Below are positions 58,551 to 63,291 of a DNA stretch of 63,291 nucleotides, piece after piece. Source of the stretch: Candidatus Poseidoniales archaeon (lineage in GTDB: Archaea > Thermoplasmatota > Poseidoniia > Poseidoniales > Poseidoniaceae); NCBI GenBank assembly GCA_012959275.1, contig DUDM01000055.1, positions 1-63,291 on the forward strand, read 5' to 3'. The translations under genes were made by a program, and so were the position numbers. Positions within the stretch are counted from its first letter, which is position 1, and every line of letters begins with the position of its first letter. The notes below the pieces were generated by a model. It saw only the letters and a list, made by a program, of their open reading frames with translations, did not search any database and had not been told where the DNA came from.

Positions 58551-59603
58551 TTGATGAGAGTAGCCCTGGTTTTTTCGCTCATATTATTATTGTCCTGTTC
58601 AGCAATAATAGTGAGTGAAGGCATGAGTAGTGCTCCAATAATTGAAGGAGTCGGTCCGCTGGTAGTATCAGAGGCAATGGATGCAAAAAATCAATCAAAT
58701 TCTTCACTCCAGTTTGGTCAATCAACGATGCCAATAATAGTCGAAGACTACACTGCAACATGGTGTGAAAATTGTGTCAAAGCGGAACATGCAATAGATG
58801 ATGTCGAAGAAAATCAACCCTTAGTACAACTTCATTTTCACCCCTATGGTGATGCTCAAGATCCTTTTGGCACAACTGATGGAGACCAATGGTGGGAGAG
58901 ACGAAACGGTGAACGTCAAGCGCCATTCGTGGTTATCCATGGTAAATGGAAGCACCTTGGTTCTGCGCCAAAACAATTCAATTCCTTGGAAGAGGATTAC
59001 AGCGCTTCTGCTCAAACGGTACCAGACTTCGATGATGGAATATTATCTTGGCAATGGACCCCTTCTGGGAATGGAGGAAATATAAATTGGAGTCTTGATA
59101 ATGGTGATGGCTTCTCAAAATTTACTGGTTATTCAGTGGCATTCTTTGCCTTCACTGTAGAAGAAAGCGCTTACTTTCCAGATGGTTCAAATGGTCTGGA
59201 AAACTATCCCCATATCGTTTCAAGCATCACCCCATTAGGAAGTGAGAAGAGCGGAGAGGTCGAAATTGAAGTCCCTCAAGCCTATGATGGGGATGACATG
59301 ACTATTCATTTGGTTATGGAATTGATACCACCTCCACAAGAAGAAGGTGATGAGGTGAAATCTTCTTTGCTTTCCAATGAAGTTTTGCTATATTCGGGAG
59401 TAATTGGCGGAGTGATTGCTATCTTGGTATTAATTCTATTATTGAAGAAGAAGGAGTCTTCGACAATCACTGAAAATGAAGTTGCACCTGAAAGGTCAAC
59501 CCAACAATTGGAATATGAAGCAAAGATGTTGGAGTTGGGTTGGCAGGCAGATAAAGCAAGGGAGTATTCCGACCAACATTTTGGAGTTAATCCCCCTCAA
59601 TGA
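58551..59603 (+). CDS. Secreted/membrane-anchored thioredoxin-fold (CxxC) protein
   Basis: Signal peptide, VEDYTATWCENC, C-terminal TM followed by KKK. Confidence 0.75.
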   Translation: MMRVALVFSLILLLSCSAIIVSEGMSSAPIIEGVGPLVVSEAMDAKNQSNSSLQFGQSTMPIIVEDYTATWCENCVKAEHAIDDVEENQPLVQLHFHPYGDAQDPFGTTDGDQWWERRNGERQAPFVVIHGKWKHLGSAPKQFNSLEEDYSASAQTVPDFDDGILSWQWTPSGNGGNINWSLDNGDGFSKFTGYSVAFFAFTVEESAYFPDGSNGLENYPHIVSSITPLGSEKSGEVEIEVPQAYDGDDMTIHLVMELIPPPQEEGDEVKSSLLSNEVLLYSGVIGGVIAILVLILLLKKKESSTITENEVAPERSTQQLEYEAKMLELGWQADKAREYSDQHFGVNPPQ

Positions 59604-60631
59604 GATAAAGATTGGAAAGCAGAAATCGCTTGTTCTATACCCTCGTCATCTACATCTAAATGTGCTACTGCCCGTATATCTTGGGGTCCAGTTGAATATA
59701 AATCAATACCTTTATTTGCCAATTTATTAACAACATCATCAGCAGAAAACTTCTCTTCATCAACGTTGATGTAAGCCATATTTGTTTGCACTATTTCCAT
59801 GTCAATCGAAAATGAATCAAGGGAACTAATAGCCTCAGCAAGGCTCCTAATTCGGGCATGGTCTTCACTTAGGCGATCAATATTGTTTTGCAGTGAATAA
59901 ATTCCTGCCGAGGCAATAATTCCTGCTTGCCTCATACCTCCTCCAAACATTTTGCGCCATCGATGAGCATTCTCGATGACTTCCTCGTCACCAACCAAAA
60001 GTGAGCCAACTGGCGCTCCGAGACCTTTTGACAAACAAATTGAGATGGTGTCGCAATTTGCAACCATTCTATCCGCAGGTACGCCTGTATGAACTACTGC
60101 GTTGAATAGCCTTGCGCCATCCATATGAACTGCACACTCTTTGTCATGTGCGGTTTCTGAAACTGCATCTATCTCACTTTGCTCCCAACAAACCCCGCCG
60201 CCACCATTGGCGGTATTCTCCATACAAACTAAACTTCCATCTGCAAAGTGTGACTGTGAACCTGCCGCTTTACGAATAGCAGAGCGGACTTGCTGTGCTG
60301 TCATCATTCCATTTTTCCCTTGAACCAAGCGGATTGAACAACCGGATAAAGCAGCATAACCGCCACCTTCATAATTGTAAATATGGCTCTTTGATTCTGT
60401 AACTAATTCATCTCCTGGTTGAGTATGACAACGTATTGCTACAGCATTTGACATGGTTCCACTTGGAAGAAAAAGGGCGGATTCCTTGCCTAGCATCTTC
60501 GCTCCTAATTCCTGTAATTGTATTACTGTCTCATCATCACCGAGAACATCGTCGCCAACCTCTGCATTTTTCATCACCTCTCGCATCGCGGCAGATGGGC
60601 GAGTAACAGTATCGCTCCTAAGGTCAACCAT
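59597..60631 (-). CDS. ltaE: Low-specificity L-threonine aldolase
   Basis: DLRSDTVTRP, GDDVLG, PSGTMSN, HMDGARLFNA, CLSKGLGAPVGS, GGGMRQAG; ATG 60631. Confidence 0.95.
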   Translation of the reverse strand: MVDLRSDTVTRPSAAMREVMKNAEVGDDVLGDDETVIQLQELGAKMLGKESALFLPSGTMSNAVAIRCHTQPGDELVTESKSHIYNYEGGGYAALSGCSIRLVQGKNGMMTAQQVRSAIRKAAGSQSHFADGSLVCMENTANGGGGVCWEQSEIDAVSETAHDKECAVHMDGARLFNAVVHTGVPADRMVANCDTISICLSKGLGAPVGSLLVGDEEVIENAHRWRKMFGGGMRQAGIIASAGIYSLQNNIDRLSEDHARIRSLAEAISSLDSFSIDMEIVQTNMAYINVDEEKFSADDVVNKLANKGIDLYSTGPQDIRAVAHLDVDDEGIEQAISAFQSLSH

Positions 60632-60670
60632 GCCCTGCCATCCTCCCCTCAGGCATAGCATCTTGCATTG

Positions 60671-61096
60671 TCAAAGAAGTTTCAAATGCCCAGTTAATTC
60701 GTCTAATTCTGCCTCACCAGCAGGCCCGATTGCTCCCACGGTTAGAGAGCCCGCTGGGATTTGCGTTCTCCCTGCATCATGGATTTTGATAATGTTCAAT
60801 CCAGCACTCTCAGCCTTCTTCAAAATCTCCTTGATTTCATCGACACTTTGTGATTTCAAGACCACCTTTCTCTGCCCTTGAGCGGTCCATAATTCAAAAA
60901 TTTCGGGGTCTTTTGAAAGCAATTTCATACTTGCAGAAACCGAAGCATGCCCTACTTGAGCAGCTAGTTTTCCTTTACCCATCTTCAGACTTTGATTGAT
61001 AATGCAAACTAGTTTTGTCTCACCAATATCTCCAACCTTGACAACTCCCATAGAATTGGGTGCAGTCATTCGGTGCAGCCAAGCACGAAGCCCCAT
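60671..61096 (-). CDS. pth2: Peptidyl-tRNA hydrolase Pth2 (copy 1)
   Basis: KMGKGKLAAQVGHAS, GQRKVVLK, DAGRTQI, TVGAIGP; true start may be downstream. Confidence 0.93.
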   Translation of the reverse strand: MGLRAWLHRMTAPNSMGVVKVGDIGETKLVCIINQSLKMGKGKLAAQVGHASVSASMKLLSKDPEIFELWTAQGQRKVVLKSQSVDEIKEILKKAESAGLNIIKIHDAGRTQIPAGSLTVGAIGPAGEAELDELTGHLKLL

Positions 61097-61222
61097 GGCT
61101 ATGCGAAAAGGAGGTAGTGCATCAATAAGGTGGTTAACCCTCGCCTTGAAATAGTTGAATTGATTTGAAAAAACGGGTGGAGAGGAACCGTAATAGTTTC
61201 GGGGAACCTAAGAAGTGAGATA

Positions 61223-61642
61223 ATGAATACTAAAGAATTAACTGAAAAACTGAACAAAGCACTCGCATGGGAATTGAGGGCAATCAACATGTACGCCCAT
61301 TATTCTGCATATGTAATAGGAATTCATCGCCTACACCTATCAGCCCATTTCAAGCAAGAATCAAGTGAATCATTGGTTCATGCGGATACAATTCGTAGTG
61401 CTATCGTTAAACTCGGGGGCATTGCAATCACTGACCGAGACCAAACTCCAATTATCCATTCAACCTCATATAAGGAAATGCTAGAAGAAGCCTTGCAAAC
61501 TGAAATGGGTGCAGCAAAAACCTACGGGGAACTCCTCAAACTAATCGAAGTGAGTGGAGATAAGGAACTCTACGATTCAATTGAAGTCATTTACTTCGCT
61601 GAAGTTCGTAGTGTTGAAGAAATGAGAATGATGATGGCCTGA
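61223..61642 (+). CDS. Ferritin-like (bacterioferritin-related) protein
   Basis: LNKALAWELRAINMY, ESLVHA...IVKLGG, ALQTE, four-helix bundle length. Confidence 0.8.
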   Translation: MNTKELTEKLNKALAWELRAINMYAHYSAYVIGIHRLHLSAHFKQESSESLVHADTIRSAIVKLGGIAITDRDQTPIIHSTSYKEMLEEALQTEMGAAKTYGELLKLIEVSGDKELYDSIEVIYFAEVRSVEEMRMMMA

Positions 61643-61653
61643 ATGCCTTATTT

Positions 61654-62019
61654 TCATTTCATCAATGGAAGTCTTTCAGTTAATGCATCGATTGCCCTGC
61701 GTGGACCTGGGCCAATCGCCATGCAAGTTACCGTTCCCGCCGGTATTTCGGTATGACCCGCGTCAGTAATCATTTCAGCAACCAGATCTACTGCTCTTGC
61801 TTCTCCATATAGACGCTTTAATGATTCAAGGTTACTTGCCTCGCACACTACTTTACGAGCACCGGCAGCATTCCATTGTTCGAGTTGGCGGGGGGCACTA
61901 CGCTTTGCAGTCAGTGCACATTTTACGGCCGCATGGGCCGCTTGGGCTGCAAATTTTCCCTTTGATAGTTTGAGGTCCGCACGTGCGATTATTACCATAG
62001 TTGATTGTTCTGGCATCAA
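61654..62019 (-). CDS. pth2: Peptidyl-tRNA hydrolase Pth2 (copy 2)
   Basis: LKLSKGKFAAQAAHAA, GARKVV, DAGHTEIPAGTVTCMAIGP. Confidence 0.93.
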   Translation of the reverse strand: MMPEQSTMVIIARADLKLSKGKFAAQAAHAAVKCALTAKRSAPRQLEQWNAAGARKVVCEASNLESLKRLYGEARAVDLVAEMITDAGHTEIPAGTVTCMAIGPGPRRAIDALTERLPLMK

Positions 62020-62020
62020 A

Positions 62021-62722
62021 TCACGCTGTTGTTGGTGCTGGTTCTGAAGTAATCAGTTTTGTGACATTCATTTCAGGAAATTTATTGAGTACTGGAACCA
62101 ACCAGAAAGCAAAGGTGATGTTTCCAGCAGCATGGAGTAAATCGAATGAAATTCCATTAACGAGGTACTGGAAATATGTCATCAGGTCAGCCCCTCCATG
62201 GAAAATGTACATCGATACCCACCAATCGAAGAGGAAGCCCCATGCCAAGCCAAGAGATGCTACTCTCCACATATTCAAGCGACCATCGGTAATCAACCAG
62301 TTTGAAGCAAGCGCGCCGGTCACTGCAACCATAGCCCAACCGCTGGCTTGCCAAATTGTCCACCAGCCGCTTGCAAGGAAAATATTGCTAACTAAAGTAA
62401 CCAAAACCGCTAGTGCCACCCCATGACGGGAACCCAAATGTGCTCCGGCAAGTAGCATCAGAATTGTTACTGGTTGAATGTTAGGGGCACCTTCCATCAA
62501 GATTCTGCCGCCAATTGCTGTGGCACCATAAGCGATGAATAATCCCATTTGCCTACCGAATGGTTTCTTCACAGAGGACCAAAGTAAAGCCATCATCGTA
62601 CACAACAATATGAAGTGAATGAGCCAAAGTGTCGCTTGTCCAACAGGTGATGGGTGTGGTCCGAGCATATTGGGTGCGAGGTCGGCATTATTCATGAAGG
62701 TGTTTGAGATGTGGTTATTCAA
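62021..62722 (-). CDS. ECF transporter S component, cobalamin-specific CbrT-like
   Basis: PNIQPVT...G..VALAVLVTLVSNIFLASGWWTIWQASGW resembles CbrT (PNVQPVT...SN...GPWT..Q); multiple TM. Confidence 0.75.
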   Translation of the reverse strand: MNNHISNTFMNNADLAPNMLGPHPSPVGQATLWLIHFILLCTMMALLWSSVKKPFGRQMGLFIAYGATAIGGRILMEGAPNIQPVTILMLLAGAHLGSRHGVALAVLVTLVSNIFLASGWWTIWQASGWAMVAVTGALASNWLITDGRLNMWRVASLGLAWGFLFDWWVSMYIFHGGADLMTYFQYLVNGISFDLLHAAGNITFAFWLVPVLNKFPEMNVTKLITSEPAPTTA

Positions 62723-63291
62723 AACGCCACATGATTATTGCATCATCTTCTATGCTATTTGCATCAGCGGCTAGTCTCGCTAGCACTCCATCCTCCCAGT
62801 ACAACAGCCACAAGCCATCTTCTCCATCAATTGCATTTGCGATTTTATCCACTCTATAACCCATAAACTCTTGATGCTCAGAATAATCTAGGCCTGCAAT
62901 TTCAGTAGCTTCAATGGTTAATGAGCGGGCATTTTGATGATCTTTCATTCCTCCAACATAGATTACGCCGTCACCCTCTTCTTGGTTCAGTATTGTCCCG
63001 TTCGCATTAATCCAGGTATTCATATTGGCAAATTCCTCCGGTATTTGTTGATTTAATTCGAAAAGTACGATTTGAGTTCCCATCCATTGGCTTGGAATTG
63101 AATCATCAAGAGTTTCTCCCTGACTTTTTTGAATCGGTGTTAGTGCATTATCAATGCTTTGAATATTTAGTATCAAAGCCATGAATATCAAACTTGAGCC
63201 AAGTGTAATTCCATATTTCATGGACTCGTTATTAACTCCCAAGAGAATAAATAGTGCTCCGCTGATTAACAAAAACCACCATGGAATTTGT
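62715..63291 (-). CDS. Membrane-anchored DUF4430/transcobalamin C-terminal-like protein (CbrS-like); 5' end probably beyond the window
   Basis: MGYRVDKIANAIDGEDGLWLLYWEDGV...ANSIEDDAIIMWRFE pattern; frame open to window edge; 8-nt overlap with the S component gene. Confidence 0.6.
   Translation of the reverse strand, partial: QIPWWFLLISGALFILLGVNNESMKYGITLGSSLIFMALILNIQSIDNALTPIQKSQGETLDDSIPSQWMGTQIVLFELNQQIPEEFANMNTWINANGTILNQEEGDGVIYVGGMKDHQNARSLTIEATEIAGLDYSEHQEFMGYRVDKIANAIDGEDGLWLLYWEDGVLARLAADANSIEDDAIIMWRFE

Overview
Gene-dense archaeal chromosomal segment. Markers (RadA, archaeal YchF, RaSEA, TFB-like factor, Pth2, FtsZ1-like) together with GAGGTG Shine-Dalgarno sites, large acidic secreted beta-propeller/TSP3 proteins and many bacterial-type metabolic genes point to Marine Group II (Ca. 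Poseidoniales, Thermoplasmatota); this assignment is an inference. About 46 CDS; no rRNA, tRNA, CRISPR array or mobile element was recognised. Housekeeping and metabolic genes include radA, ftsZ, icd, maeB, pyk, pabC, a pabB-pabA fusion, psd, ltaE, rlmH, pduO, an MMPL transporter and two pth2 copies. The best candidate for an undescribed system is 40732-43023: a cbb3-oxidase subunit I (CcoN)-fold membrane protein that appears to have lost 5 of 6 metal-ligand histidines and is fused to paired EF-hands and a SAP/Rho-N-like nucleic-acid-binding tail. Other highlights: an addBA-like helicase-nuclease pair with Fe-S-type Cys motifs in both subunits, divergent from an atypical TFB preceded by a long hairpin leader; a ~1160-aa helical protein ending in an intact PIN domain; a Bat-type HTH followed by PAS domains; a B12-scavenging cbrS/cbrT-like pair; a probable AUC start codon for psd; and a 2768-aa surface protein. 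All family assignments come from motif recognition by eye and reference sequences recalled from memory; no searches were run.
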